This document shows positions 1 through 10,006 of a DNA stretch of 60,108 nucleotides, one piece after another (within the stretch, counting starts at the first letter, position 1; each line of letters starts with the position of its first letter). Under the pieces are notes generated by a model that searched no databases, was not told where the DNA came from, and saw nothing but the letters and a program-made list of their open reading frames with translations. The DNA is from Burkholderiaceae bacterium (GTDB taxonomy: Bacteria > Pseudomonadota > Gammaproteobacteria > Burkholderiales > Burkholderiaceae_F). The translations under genes and the position numbers were made by a program. The stretch lies in contig JAFNZB010000264.1 of the NCBI GenBank assembly GCA_017383055.1, forward strand, positions 1 to 60,108. The letters run 5' to 3'.

Positions 1-1152
1 CCATTCACTGCCCGGAGAAATCGTTTCTGCCACGGTCTTAGCAGGATCCAGTTGAGCTCGTAATTGGTCGAAATACGCAATCTGTAAATTCGTCCCTAAC
101 TTGATTGAGCCGCTATCAGGTTCGTTTTTGCCCAAGATGAGCGAAATCAAAGTGCTCTTGCCGACACCGTTTCGGCCGATGAGTCCTAAGCGATCGCCAC
201 GTAAAAGACGGAAGTCTAAGTCCTTGACAATGGTTTTGTCGGCGTATTTTTTGTTAACTTTTTCTAATTCGGCAACGATTTTGCCGCTACGCATGCCAGC
301 ATCAATGTTGAGATTGATTTGTCCCATACGATCGCGGCGAGCGGCTCGCTCTTCACGCAATGCCTCTAAGCGACGAACTCGCCCTTCGTTTCGTGTACGA
401 CGAGCTTCAATGCCTTTACGAATCCAAACTTCTTCTTGGGCCCAAAATTTGTCGAATTTGCGACGGGCAATGTCCTCAGCTTCGAGTTCTTCTTCCTTTC
501 GAGCTTCATAAGCTTCGAAATTGCCGGGATAGCTTCGAAGAATACCTCGGTCAAGTTCGATAATTCGTGTGGAGACTGTGTCCAAGAATGCACGGTCGTG
601 AGTGATGACCATCAAAGATTTCGAGCCTCGATATTCGGACACAATCATTTCTTCGAGAATCAAAATCCCCTCAATGTCGAGGTGGTTAGTCGGCTCGTCC
701 AGCAAAAGCAAATCACAGGAAAGTGACAAAGCCAAGGCAAGAGCGGCGCGCTTTTTTTCACCGCCGGATGCTTTCGTAGGATCGACATCGCCGTCGAGCT
801 TGAAACGGTGTAAGTACTCTTCTAAGCGAGCGATTCGTAACCATTGTTCGCGTTCATCGGCGATGTCCGCAAAGTGACCTCGCAGGGCCAAGGACTCTCG
901 CATGCTCGGCGCTTCAGGCAATAGCGGCTCTTGTTCGACATATGCAATGTGCAAGCCGTCCAAGACAATTCGCGAACCGTCATCGAGTTTTTCGATGCCG
1001 GCAATGACCTTCAAAAGGGAGCTTTTACCCGTGCCGTTTCGGCCGATGACCCCGATGCGTTCGTTGTCATGCACCGAAAAATTGGCATGATCGAGCAAGG
1101 GCTGATCGCCGAATGCAAGCTCGGCTTCTTGTAGCGTCAACAAAGTGGTCAT
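1..1152 (-). CDS. uup: ABC-F family ATP-binding protein (Uup-like), 3'-truncated by window edge
   Basis: Manual translation from ATG at 1152: MTTLLTLQEAELAFGDQPLLDHANFSVHDNERIGVIGRNGTGKSSLLKVIAG. It shows signature LSGGEKKR, Walker B LLLDEPTNHLD, linker EEVWIRKGIEARRTRNEGRVRRLE and a second Walker A GRNGVGKS. It is missing from the ORF track because it runs off the edge. ATGA overlap with the upstream gene. Confidence 0.9.
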   Translation of the reverse strand, partial: MTTLLTLQEAELAFGDQPLLDHANFSVHDNERIGVIGRNGTGKSSLLKVIAGIEKLDDGSRIVLDGLHIAYVEQEPLLPEAPSMRESLALRGHFADIADEREQWLRIARLEEYLHRFKLDGDVDPTKASGGEKKRAALALALSLSCDLLLLDEPTNHLDIEGILILEEMIVSEYRGSKSLMVITHDRAFLDTVSTRIIELDRGILRSYPGNFEAYEARKEEELEAEDIARRKFDKFWAQEEVWIRKGIEARRTRNEGRVRRLEALREERAARRDRMGQINLNIDAGMRSGKIVAELEKVNKKYADKTIVKDLDFRLLRGDRLGLIGRNGVGKSTLISLILGKNEPDSGSIKLGTNLQIAYFDQLRAQLDPAKTVAETISPGSEW

Positions 1153-2588
1153 TGAGCGGTTCCTTGGGCACTTTGCGAGGCCGTTTCAGGCGTTTTTTCG
1201 GTACTAATCGCTACGCTAGACATTTCGGCATTTTCTCCCGACGTAGGCTCTTGAGCTTCCGGATTTTCTTGTTGTTGACGTTGAGCTTGGGCAGCCTTAC
1301 GAATTTCTTCCAAAACTTCCGGACTTACGAGCGGCTTTTGCAAATGTTCAACGGAACGAGCTTTGATTTGATTGGACAAAATCACGGCAGATTGTGCGTG
1401 GCGCTCAACCACAGGACTTGTGGCATGGTCAAAAGACAAATGACCGGTCATACCGAGGAATTGAATCGACGTGTTCCAATGAGCCCATTGATCAGCCAAA
1501 CGATAGGCATCCACACCAAAGGCAAACAAACGACGTTCCAAGAGCGTCGTGGGCATTTCCATACTGAATCGCTCAAGGAAGTCTTCCTTGTTGTTATGAA
1601 GAACCATAGGTGCTTCAACGATGCCGACGTTTTGCATGTCATAGGTCAAAGACGCAGCCGTACTTTGTGTCGGATCGCCGGGATTTAATAAGCTAGTGCC
1701 CCAAACGCGTGTCAAACGTGGCAAGCGCGGGCGTACCAATGCAGCCGTGCGCGCATCCATTGCAAGGAATGCGGCATAGAAGGGGGGTTCCTTAAAGGCT
1801 TGTTGTGCTTTGTATTCTTGCATCAAACGCTTATTTTTCAATCGAATACGTTGGTAGCCGTAAGGATCCTCTACCGGGTCAGGCAATTCTTCCAATTCCG
1901 GCATGTCATCATTCGGATCGATTTGTTCTTCATAGAGCTTTTGTTGAGCCAACAATTCCGGCGTCAATACAATGCGTTCAAAAGGCACTTGGGCCTTTTC
2001 AAGCTCTTCTGCGAAGATATTGCCGATACGAGTCTCCAACGGAGCTTTCGTTTCGAAAATAGCGACCTTGGGCGTTTCTCCTTTGGAGTCGATTTCAGGT
2101 AAAGCCCCGACGGCAATCTTAACGATGTCACGAGCTTCTTCTTCTTGAGACAACGAATAGCTCATCATCAATTCAGGAGCGACAACATCGTGGTAAGGCA
2201 AATTCAACGAGACGACAGGTAGGGGCAAAAATTCCAATTGCGCGACTTGGTCGACTTCGTCACGCGTGATCGGGCCAATTGCTACCGAGGCACCGCTCAA
2301 AGCGGCGTCCTGAAGATGCGACAAAGCCGTTTGCCCTTGTTTACGGGGCAACAATAAAATTTTGGCGGGCGTGTTGCTCGTCGAATTGGCAGCGATAACG
2401 CCGTTACTCATGGCTTGGGCAACTTGAGCAAAAGCGCTATCGTTGGTCGGCAACAATAATGCGATTGTCAAAGAATTTTGGGCAGCCTGACCTAGGGGTA
2501 CTTGTGCAGTTGCACACAGAGACAGGGACGCTAAAATAGCAGAGCTAACATAACGAACAATCAAACGGGTATTCACAATGTCATCCAC
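1149..2588 (-). CDS. lpoA: Penicillin-binding protein activator, LpoA/LppC family (periplasmic-binding-protein fold)
   Basis: Signal peptide, IALLLP..., IGPITRDEV, RRLFAFGVDAYRL, GMTGHL. Divergent from rsmI as in other proteobacteria. True start may be GTG 2576. Confidence 0.7.
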   Translation of the reverse strand: MDDIVNTRLIVRYVSSAILASLSLCATAQVPLGQAAQNSLTIALLLPTNDSAFAQVAQAMSNGVIAANSTSNTPAKILLLPRKQGQTALSHLQDAALSGASVAIGPITRDEVDQVAQLEFLPLPVVSLNLPYHDVVAPELMMSYSLSQEEEARDIVKIAVGALPEIDSKGETPKVAIFETKAPLETRIGNIFAEELEKAQVPFERIVLTPELLAQQKLYEEQIDPNDDMPELEELPDPVEDPYGYQRIRLKNKRLMQEYKAQQAFKEPPFYAAFLAMDARTAALVRPRLPRLTRVWGTSLLNPGDPTQSTAASLTYDMQNVGIVEAPMVLHNNKEDFLERFSMEMPTTLLERRLFAFGVDAYRLADQWAHWNTSIQFLGMTGHLSFDHATSPVVERHAQSAVILSNQIKARSVEHLQKPLVSPEVLEEIRKAAQAQRQQQENPEAQEPTSGENAEMSSVAISTEKTPETASQSAQGTAQ

Positions 2589-3480
2589 AGTTAGTCAATG
2601 GGCCGATCAACTCCTCATGAAAAAAGCAGGAGTCGATCTTCAAACTTTTCCTCAAGGCGCTTTCTACATCGTCGGCTTGCCGATTGGCAATGCGGGCGAT
2701 ATCACGCTTCGTGCACTTTGGATTCTCTCGATTGCTGATGTCGTGGCAGCAGAAGATACCCGAGAAACGAAAAAATTATTAGATCGTTACGGTATCGATG
2801 TTCCTACGGTATCTGTGCGAGAACACAACGAAGTAGCACAGGCTAATATGATAATTGAACGGCTGAAAAAGGGGGAACGCGTTGCGCTAGTAACCGATGC
2901 GGGTACGCCAGCAGTGTCCGATCCTGGTGCGCGAGCTGTTCGTGGAGTGATGGAAGCGGGCTTCCGCGTCATTCCTGTGCCAGGTGCTAGCGCTGTTGTG
3001 ACAGCGTTGTCGGCAGCTGGTTTAGAACCGAGTGGTTTTCACTTCTATGGATTTTTGCCGCCTCAAACGAAAGCTCGCCAACAGGTGTTGAGCCAATTGG
3101 CCGGACGTCAAGAAAGTTTCGTTCTTTACGAGGCCCCTCATCGCATTGTTGACGTTTTGAAAGACATGGCCAAAGTTTTACGTCCCGAACGTCGAGTGGT
3201 CGTTGCGCGTGAGATTACGAAAAAGTTCGAAACGTTTACGGCTGTGCTTTGCAAAGATTTGGATGCGTGGGCAAAGGCTCATGAACCGCGCGGCGAATAT
3301 GTTATTTTGGTCGATGAAGAGCCTTCTGTAGCTCAAGACGGTCTATCAGAGCAAGATCAAGCTTGGGTGTTAGCAATCGCCAAAGAATTGCCGGCAAGTA
3401 AAGCCGCTGCCGTTGCGGCCAAAGTTACCGGCATGAAGCGCGATGTCATTTATCAATGGCTTTTAGCACAAAAGCATTAA
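2578..3480 (+). CDS. rsmI: 16S rRNA (cytidine1402-2'-O)-methyltransferase
   Basis: [52 protein letters not shown]. Confidence 0.95.
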   Translation: MSSTVSQWADQLLMKKAGVDLQTFPQGAFYIVGLPIGNAGDITLRALWILSIADVVAAEDTRETKKLLDRYGIDVPTVSVREHNEVAQANMIIERLKKGERVALVTDAGTPAVSDPGARAVRGVMEAGFRVIPVPGASAVVTALSAAGLEPSGFHFYGFLPPQTKARQQVLSQLAGRQESFVLYEAPHRIVDVLKDMAKVLRPERRVVVAREITKKFETFTAVLCKDLDAWAKAHEPRGEYVILVDEEPSVAQDGLSEQDQAWVLAIAKELPASKAAAVAAKVTGMKRDVIYQWLLAQKH

Positions 3481-4361
3481 TCGTCTTCTTCTTCGCGTAA
3501 AGCATCTGGGATGAGGGCATTAAAATCATAGATGCCCTTGTCCATCAGGTGCGATGGCGCGACTCGTGTCATACTCATCATGATGTTGTAAATGCGACTG
3601 TCGTAGTCGCGATCCCATTCACGAATCAGTGCTTTGATTTCTGCGCGTTTTTTATTTTCAATCTTTCGACAAATTTCCTTAGAAACGATCGGGTAATTTC
3701 GATATTGGACCCATCGCTCCACTTCATATTCTCGCACGTAAGCCAGGGGGCGAATCACGACATTTTTGCCGTCATCGCTACGAAGAATCGGGGGCATGCC
3801 TTTGAGACGTCCACCGTAGAACATGTTAAGTAACAGCGTACTGACGATGTCGTCCATATGATGGCCGAGTGCGATTTTGGTGATACCTAATTCTTTGGCG
3901 ACACGATAGATGATGCCTCGACGAAGTCGAGAGCAGACGGAGCAAACATTTCGCCCTTCGGGAATCACACGTTGAACGATTGACCACGTGTCCTGATCTT
4001 CGATGTGGTATTTCACGCCGATTTCTTTGAGGTAGTTCGGGATGACATCTTTGGGGAAGCCGGGCAAATGTTGGTCGACATTGACGGCAATCAGCTCGAA
4101 ATTGACGGGGGCGCGTTGTTGGAGTTTACGTAATACATCCAACAGAACATAACTGTCTTTGCCGCCCGACATGCAAACCATCACGCGATCGCCTTCTTCA
4201 ATCATGTTGAAGTCTTCAATGGCCTTACCAGCTAAGCGCATGATGCGCTTTTCATTCTTTTTCTCGGCAACGGATTTCTTTCGTTTACCGTCATTACTTG
4301 CTTCTTGTTTGGCACAGGCCATGTCGTCTTCTTGGACGATTGGAATGATTTTGTCAGTCAT
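3477..4361 (-). CDS. ttcA: tRNA 2-thiocytidine(32) synthetase
   Basis: PP-loop [38 protein letters not shown]. Start taken at ATG 4361 (MTDKIIP), overlapping the folB stop. Confidence 0.93.
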   Translation of the reverse strand: MTDKIIPIVQEDDMACAKQEASNDGKRKKSVAEKKNEKRIMRLAGKAIEDFNMIEEGDRVMVCMSGGKDSYVLLDVLRKLQQRAPVNFELIAVNVDQHLPGFPKDVIPNYLKEIGVKYHIEDQDTWSIVQRVIPEGRNVCSVCSRLRRGIIYRVAKELGITKIALGHHMDDIVSTLLLNMFYGGRLKGMPPILRSDDGKNVVIRPLAYVREYEVERWVQYRNYPIVSKEICRKIENKKRAEIKALIREWDRDYDSRIYNIMMSMTRVAPSHLMDKGIYDFNALIPDALREEEDD

Positions 4362-4737
4362 TTTTTTCTCGGAAAATTTCAATGCCGGCACTACGGATGT
4401 TGCAATAAGCCTGAGTTTTTTCACTACGAACCAAAACAGCATGCACAGCCGGGTGTACCAATAACTTCGAAGCGATGGCTTCAATCAATGTTTCTTGTAA
4501 ATCGATATGGCCGCTTGCAATAACTTGGTCTACAGCATCGACTACCAAGTCGTAATTGTAGGCATTGGCAATATCATCACGCTCATTGGCGGTCGTCACA
4601 AAGACTTCTATGTTGAAAATGACAGGCTGTGCTGCCAATCGTTCATGATCGTAGGCTCCGATGCGGACTTCGCGAGCGATGTCGCGCAAAATAATGCGAC
4701 GGCAACGTTTCAAATTTGAGTTTAAATACCAAGTCAT
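4354..4737 (-). CDS. folB: Dihydroneopterin aldolase
   Basis: [29 protein letters not shown]; folB-ttcA order typical of Burkholderiales. Confidence 0.85.
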   Translation of the reverse strand: MTWYLNSNLKRCRRIILRDIAREVRIGAYDHERLAAQPVIFNIEVFVTTANERDDIANAYNYDLVVDAVDQVIASGHIDLQETLIEAIASKLLVHPAVHAVLVRSEKTQAYCNIRSAGIEIFREKND

Positions 4738-5825
4738 GACATCAACTCCTTGATCGTTTCTAAGCGGGCTTGACGAATGGCAATGGGGATTTGTGATTTA
4801 TCTTGTTGGACCCTGGCAATGGTGCCGGCGTCAACTGCACACATATGAGCCATGGCTTTAAGCCAAAAATCGTCATTCAAACCAAGCGTGGATCGCAGAA
4901 CCCTCAAGAGCGATTCGAAGCGTTGCGGACGTCGCAAAACATCGCCGCACTCCAATATGTTGAGAACCGATTCGGGACTCTGAGCGACTTGAATCGGCGT
5001 TCGAAGACGGGTGACTAAATCGACTAAATCGATAATGTCGCTTGGAGTGCGAAGGGCTTTAAAAAATTGATTCAAAGTTTCCGCGCTATCAACATTTGCT
5101 AATAAGACGGCAAACCGCTCGGCCAGCGAAAAGGATTGGTTTGCACATTCATCTAGGTGCTTTAACGTTGTCGTTGACACGTCAATTCTGTTGAAAAGAC
5201 GTTGCCATAGGCCACATCGTTTTAAGACCTCAATCATGATCGATGGGTGTTTTTCCATCAGTCCTTTGCGGAATTCCTGAAATACTCGTTCGGCAACAAG
5301 CGCATCGGCTTCCCCGTTTTGAACCATTTCTTGCATCAAAGTCATGGTTTCGTCAGCAACGCTAAATTGTGGGAATCGTGCATTGAAACGAGCAACTCGC
5401 AATATGCGTACGGGATCTTCTTTGAATGCGTCAGAAACATGTCGCAATCGGCAGTGACGGATATCGTCAATGCCACCGTACGGATCAAACAATTGACCGT
5501 CAGCCATGGCCATTGCATTGATTGTGAGGTCACGACGAGAGAGATCTTCTTCCAATGTGACCGTGGGAGCCGTATCGAATTCAAAACCGTGATAGCCGGG
5601 GGCGACCTTACGCTCTAGTCGTGCCAACGCATATTCTTCATGTGTTTTCGGATGTAAAAAAACCGGAAAGTCTTTGCCGACCGATTGGTATCCTAATGCG
5701 AGCATTTCCTTGGGGGTGGCTCCGACAACAACCCAATCTCGATCACCTTGCGGTAAATCGAGATGGTGGATTTCTCGTAGAAAATGGTCACGGACCCAGC
5801 CGCCGACGCTGTAAATCTTTTTCAT
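4734..5825 (-). CDS. cca: CCA tRNA nucleotidyltransferase (short form, no HD domain)
   Basis: VGGWVRD, DRDWVVVG, GKDFPVFLHP, EEYALAR, DLSRRDLTINA, EDPVRILRVARF. Confidence 0.93.
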   Translation of the reverse strand: MKKIYSVGGWVRDHFLREIHHLDLPQGDRDWVVVGATPKEMLALGYQSVGKDFPVFLHPKTHEEYALARLERKVAPGYHGFEFDTAPTVTLEEDLSRRDLTINAMAMADGQLFDPYGGIDDIRHCRLRHVSDAFKEDPVRILRVARFNARFPQFSVADETMTLMQEMVQNGEADALVAERVFQEFRKGLMEKHPSIMIEVLKRCGLWQRLFNRIDVSTTTLKHLDECANQSFSLAERFAVLLANVDSAETLNQFFKALRTPSDIIDLVDLVTRLRTPIQVAQSPESVLNILECGDVLRRPQRFESLLRVLRSTLGLNDDFWLKAMAHMCAVDAGTIARVQQDKSQIPIAIRQARLETIKELMS

Positions 5826-7915
5826 CAGATTGTGTCTTTACTAGTTACGGGTTTAGGTTCGATAGTTCCCAAAATCTTCTTTAGCGATGGAATCGCCTTC
5901 CCGGACAACTGCGAGTATTCGATAGTGTTGGCCAGTACGTTTTGCACATAAGTGCGAGTTTCCGTAAATGGAATCGTTTCGACGAAAATGGCACCCTCAA
6001 CGGGCTTAGTTAATGAAGCTCGCCAGGTGAACGATCGGTGTGGTCCTGCATTGTAGCCGGCTGTTGCCAAAACAATGTTTTCATCGAGTCGATCCAGAAG
6101 CAGTCGCAAATAGGCCGTTCCTAGATGCAAGTTGGTTTCGACGTCATAGATTTGATTGGCGTCGAAGTGTTGCATTTCAATTTTATTGGCGACCCATTGA
6201 GCCGTGGTCGGCATGATTTGCATCAATCCGTTCGCGCCGACAGTTGAGCGAGCCGTGACAATGAAACGAGACTCTTGGCGGATCAGACCGTAAACCCAAT
6301 CCTTGGAAATATTTGCCTGTTCACTGAAAGACTCAATGAGAGGTAAATACGGTCTTGGGTAAAGCAAATTGTTTGCAACGGGTAGCGAACGTATGCGCTC
6401 GGCGGTGTTGATCATGCGATGCAACAAATTCTTTTCTTTGGCCCAATGAGCCATCGTCAAAAGTGCATGGGCATCTTTGCCACGAAGTTGCCAGTTCCAT
6501 TCGCGGTGGCCGAAGTTGTTCATTCCCAAGTCGTAGAAAGCACGCGCGCGTTGAAGACCAACATTGTGATCGAGCAATTTCAAAGCTTCGAGGTTGATTT
6601 TTGGTTCAGTACTCGGTTGATAAAGAATACTCTTCCCAAGCTCTTCTGCCGCTAACTTTCCATAAAAAGATCGAACGTCGGGGATTTGTTTCCATAGCTT
6701 AATGGCTTTTTGTTTTTGCCCCGATTCTGCCAAAGCTCGGCCTCGCCAATAAATCCAATTGGGTTGAATGGAGAGTGACTTGGGCATGCTTTGAATCAAT
6801 TGATCGAGCGTTTTCCAACGTTGTTCACGTAAGGCTGCCCGAGCTCGCCATTCGACGCATCGATTGGGATTGATGGAATAGATGCCGTTACAAACATTTT
6901 GTCCGCCCTTGGCGTACCAAGATAGCGTTTCAGGTAAATGATCCAACGCGGCAACATAGCCAATTCGACCCCAAACGCTAGCTCGCTCCGAACTCGTCAG
7001 TCGAGGTTGTAGAGCTTGTCCAACTTTGGCTGCGGCTTTGATGTTTGTGCGAGAAAGACGGTAAAGGCCGATCAAGGCGACCCGTTTGTCGCGTTTGTTG
7101 ATTTTTTTGCCGTAGCGGTTGTACCACTTTGTTGTCTGATTTAAAGCCAGCTTGGCTTCTTTAATCGGGAAGCCACGTTGTTTTGCTAGTGCGTCCAAAA
7201 CGGCATTGGCTCGGTTGATTCGATTTTGTTCGATCAATGTAAGCAAATAAGCAAAGGCGCTCGAGGGGGAGCGGCGAATCATGGTTTGAGCTGCTTTTTG
7301 GCAAACAGCCAAATCACCGATTTGAGCATTTTTTAGAAGTCGTTGTGATTCTGCAACGATCGCTGGAAGTGTTTTTTTATTGGCCTTTTCTAAGCGATGA
7401 TAGATATCCCAGCAACGGAAAATGGGCTCGTCGGCATTCCAAACGAGTTTGTTTCGTTGATTTTGAAATTCGTTCCAACGATTTTCTTCGTATAAGTTTG
7501 AAGCAACACTTGTGAGCCAATCCGTTCGGAATCGCTCTTCGATGTATTCGCCTTTGTGGTCTTTCAAGAAAGCATCACGTTTAGCCTTTAAATCGGCGTT
7601 CAGAAAGCCGAGATTGGCTTGCGTGATCAGAGACCAGTTTTGAACGTAGCTCTCTAAAGTGTGGCCGTTTAAACGCGTCTCTAATGCACTCAATCGTCCT
7701 AATTCTTGTTGATGAAAAGCCAACTGCGCCATCATGAGCTTTTCTTCGTCCGTGGCGGAGTCGAATGCACTAATCGATTGATTCTTTTCGTCTACGTGAA
7801 TAAACGGCGCAAACTCGATATCGCTACCGACAGTCGACAAAAGGGATTGGCCTACAGCATTTGTGCAGGCCAACGTCAACAACGGTAACGAGAGAAAAAC
7901 GGGTTTAAACTTCAT
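5825..7915 (-). CDS. slt: Soluble lytic murein transglycosylase (Slt70 family)
   Basis: C-terminal SLT domain IRQESRF, GLMQIMP, GYNAGP, ETIPFTETRTYV; N-terminal signal peptide. Confidence 0.9.
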   Translation of the reverse strand: MKFKPVFLSLPLLTLACTNAVGQSLLSTVGSDIEFAPFIHVDEKNQSISAFDSATDEEKLMMAQLAFHQQELGRLSALETRLNGHTLESYVQNWSLITQANLGFLNADLKAKRDAFLKDHKGEYIEERFRTDWLTSVASNLYEENRWNEFQNQRNKLVWNADEPIFRCWDIYHRLEKANKKTLPAIVAESQRLLKNAQIGDLAVCQKAAQTMIRRSPSSAFAYLLTLIEQNRINRANAVLDALAKQRGFPIKEAKLALNQTTKWYNRYGKKINKRDKRVALIGLYRLSRTNIKAAAKVGQALQPRLTSSERASVWGRIGYVAALDHLPETLSWYAKGGQNVCNGIYSINPNRCVEWRARAALREQRWKTLDQLIQSMPKSLSIQPNWIYWRGRALAESGQKQKAIKLWKQIPDVRSFYGKLAAEELGKSILYQPSTEPKINLEALKLLDHNVGLQRARAFYDLGMNNFGHREWNWQLRGKDAHALLTMAHWAKEKNLLHRMINTAERIRSLPVANNLLYPRPYLPLIESFSEQANISKDWVYGLIRQESRFIVTARSTVGANGLMQIMPTTAQWVANKIEMQHFDANQIYDVETNLHLGTAYLRLLLDRLDENIVLATAGYNAGPHRSFTWRASLTKPVEGAIFVETIPFTETRTYVQNVLANTIEYSQLSGKAIPSLKKILGTIEPKPVTSKDTI

Positions 7916-7957
7916 GATTACCACTTTAGCGAAAAAAATCGTTTTACGCTGACTCTT

Positions 7958-8503
7958 ATGGATAAAAAAACGCTACGTAAAGCCCTTTTACAAATTCGTG
8001 TTGCTCGTTCATGGGGTCAAGAGCAACAGAAAATCACTGAGCATCTAAAGGCATATTTTCTTACTCATCCGACTCGTACCGTCGGACTTTATTGGCCAAT
8101 TAGAAAAGAGATCGATTTGCGAGGGGTAATGCAGAGCCTTCAACGAGAAGGTGTTGTCGAACGGTTGGCTCTCCCTCGACTGAATGGCAAGACGATGAGT
8201 TATTTGCCATGGACACAAAAAAGTGTTTTAACTGAAAACGCAATGGGTTTAATTGAGCCGGCGTTCGGCGAGGAATTGATTCCGGACTGTTTATTGGTTC
8301 CCTGTGTGGCGATGGATCGGCTGGGGCGTCGTTTGGGGTATGGCGGTGGGTATTTCGATCGATATCTTGAGAAATATACAAATATTATGACCGTTGGAGT
8401 TTTGGCCAGCGTTTTTTTAAAAGAATCGATTCCGTTGGAGTCGCATGATCGAGGATTAGAGGCCTCTGTGACGGAAAACGGTTGGCAAAACTATAAAAAA
8501 TGA
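7958..8503 (+). CDS. ygfA: 5-formyltetrahydrofolate cyclo-ligase
   Basis: K..LRK, YWPIRKEID, LVPCVAMDRLGRRLGYGGGYFDRYL. Confidence 0.9.
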   Translation: MDKKTLRKALLQIRVARSWGQEQQKITEHLKAYFLTHPTRTVGLYWPIRKEIDLRGVMQSLQREGVVERLALPRLNGKTMSYLPWTQKSVLTENAMGLIEPAFGEELIPDCLLVPCVAMDRLGRRLGYGGGYFDRYLEKYTNIMTVGVLASVFLKESIPLESHDRGLEASVTENGWQNYKK

Positions 8504-8526
8504 CGCCACCCTGAAAGGATGGCGTC
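8502..8526. terminator. Hairpin between convergent ygfA and trpS (U-tract on - strand)
   Basis: GACGCCA-c-CCT-gaa-AGG-a-TGGCGTC preceded by A6. Confidence 0.65.
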
Positions 8527-8544
8527 CAAATCTAACGAAAGCTC

Positions 8545-9906
8545 TTACTTTTCGTCTTTTTTCGCACTAGCTTCGATTAAAGCACTCAATGCCGCTTCGA
8601 CTTCGGTCAATTGGGTTTCTTCAACCAAGTAAGCCGTCTTCGGAGCATTTTCTTGCGTCGTTGTGATACGGATTACCGCCGGATCTGCTGCCAATGCGTC
8701 CTTTTTAAGGGCGGCAATCGCCATGCCGGCATCGCGGCCGCTATCAAAGGCAACGCTTTGCAACAAAACGCGACCGCTAGCGGTTGTCAATTTGAAATAG
8801 AACTTACCGTCCTTTTCACGATATTGCTTAAAAATCGGCAATTGAACCTTTTTCTTTTCTTCGACCTTGGCTTGCGTTTGACCGAAAACGGCGAAATCGC
8901 GTAAGCCAACGGCTTTAGTGACTTGTTGCATGAAGGGGATTGCGATGGCACGAGCCTTTTTGGCGCCTTCTTGCAAAATGGCTTCGATCTTGGCCGGATT
9001 GCTCATCAATTCTTCATAACGTTGACGCATCGGGCCGATTTCGGATTCGATTTTGTCGAACAATTCTTGCTTGGCATCACCCCAACCAAGACCGCCAATC
9101 AAGCGAGCACGGAAGTCATCCGCTTCTTCTTGCGTGGAGAATGCTTCGTAGATGGCCGTCAACGAGGTGGAGTCCGGATCCTTCGGTTCTCCCGGCAAGC
9201 GGCTGTCGGTCGTGATAGAGAAAATGGCTTCCTTAATAGCCTTGGGGCCACCTTCGAACAACGGGATAACGTTGTTATAGCTCTTACTCATCTTGCGGCC
9301 ATCCAAGCCGGGAAGGACTTCGTGCGTTGTGTCGACCACGGCTTCCGGCATCACAAAGAAGGGTTTGTCAGCCGGGGCATACAAGAAGTTAAAGCGCGTT
9401 GCGACGTCGCGCGCCATTTCCAAGTGTTGGATTTGATCCTTGCCGACCGGAACCTTATGCGCGTTGAAAATCAAGATATCGGCGGCCATCAAAATGGGAT
9501 AACAATACAAGCCCATGGAAATGCCGGCATCAGGATCTTCTTTATTCTCAACGTTGGCATCCAATGCAGCTTTGTAGGCGTGAGCACGGTTCATTTGGCC
9601 TTTGGAGGTGCAACACGTCAAAATCCAATTCAAGAGCGGGATTTCAGGGATGTCGCTTTGTCGGTAGAAAACTACACGATCCGGGTCAAGGCCGGCTGCT
9701 AACCATGTTGCGGCGATTTGTAAACGGGAGCGTTCAATACGGTCGGGATCCTGGCACTTGATCAAGGCATGCAAGTCAGCCATGAAAAAGAAGCTTTCCG
9801 TATCAGCGTTTCGGCTCGCAGCGATAGCCGGGCGAATGGCGCCGACGTAGTTACCGATGTGTAACGTACCGGTGGTGTTGATACCGGTTAATACGCGTGT
9901 AGTCAT
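8545..9906 (-). CDS. trpS: Tryptophan--tRNA ligase with C-terminal YegP/DUF1508-like extension
   Basis: HIGN motif (TLHIGNY), YPILMAADIL, VPVGKDQIQH, KMSKS. Confidence 0.96.
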   Translation of the reverse strand: MTTRVLTGINTTGTLHIGNYVGAIRPAIAASRNADTESFFFMADLHALIKCQDPDRIERSRLQIAATWLAAGLDPDRVVFYRQSDIPEIPLLNWILTCCTSKGQMNRAHAYKAALDANVENKEDPDAGISMGLYCYPILMAADILIFNAHKVPVGKDQIQHLEMARDVATRFNFLYAPADKPFFVMPEAVVDTTHEVLPGLDGRKMSKSYNNVIPLFEGGPKAIKEAIFSITTDSRLPGEPKDPDSTSLTAIYEAFSTQEEADDFRARLIGGLGWGDAKQELFDKIESEIGPMRQRYEELMSNPAKIEAILQEGAKKARAIAIPFMQQVTKAVGLRDFAVFGQTQAKVEEKKKVQLPIFKQYREKDGKFYFKLTTASGRVLLQSVAFDSGRDAGMAIAALKKDALAADPAVIRITTTQENAPKTAYLVEETQLTEVEAALSALIEASAKKDEK

Positions 9907-9949
9907 GTTTTTTACCCTAAATTCAATAGCAACTGGTTAATCGTAAAGA

Positions 9950-9979
9950 GAAAGCGCCGACTTTTCAATCGGCGCTTTC
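9950..9979 (-). terminator. Intrinsic terminator downstream of metK
   Basis: GAAAGCGCCGA-N8-TCGGCGCTTTC, T-rich tail on - strand. Confidence 0.75.
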
Positions 9980-10006
9980 AATTCTTTGATGGCTATCTAA
10001 GCAATG

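Noticed and set aside
3477-3480. 4-bp stop-codon overlaps of convergent genes (also 47985-47988 and 59681-59684)
   Set aside because: Common in compact genomes; no evidence of regulation from sequence alone
4362-4484. N-terminal extension of ttcA in the ORF track
   Set aside because: Overlaps folB by more than 120 bp; ATG 4361 gives a normal coupled start
7916-7957. Possible 6S RNA upstream of the 5-formyl-THF cyclo-ligase
   Set aside because: Only about 40 bp separate it from the divergent slt, too short for a roughly 180-nt RNA
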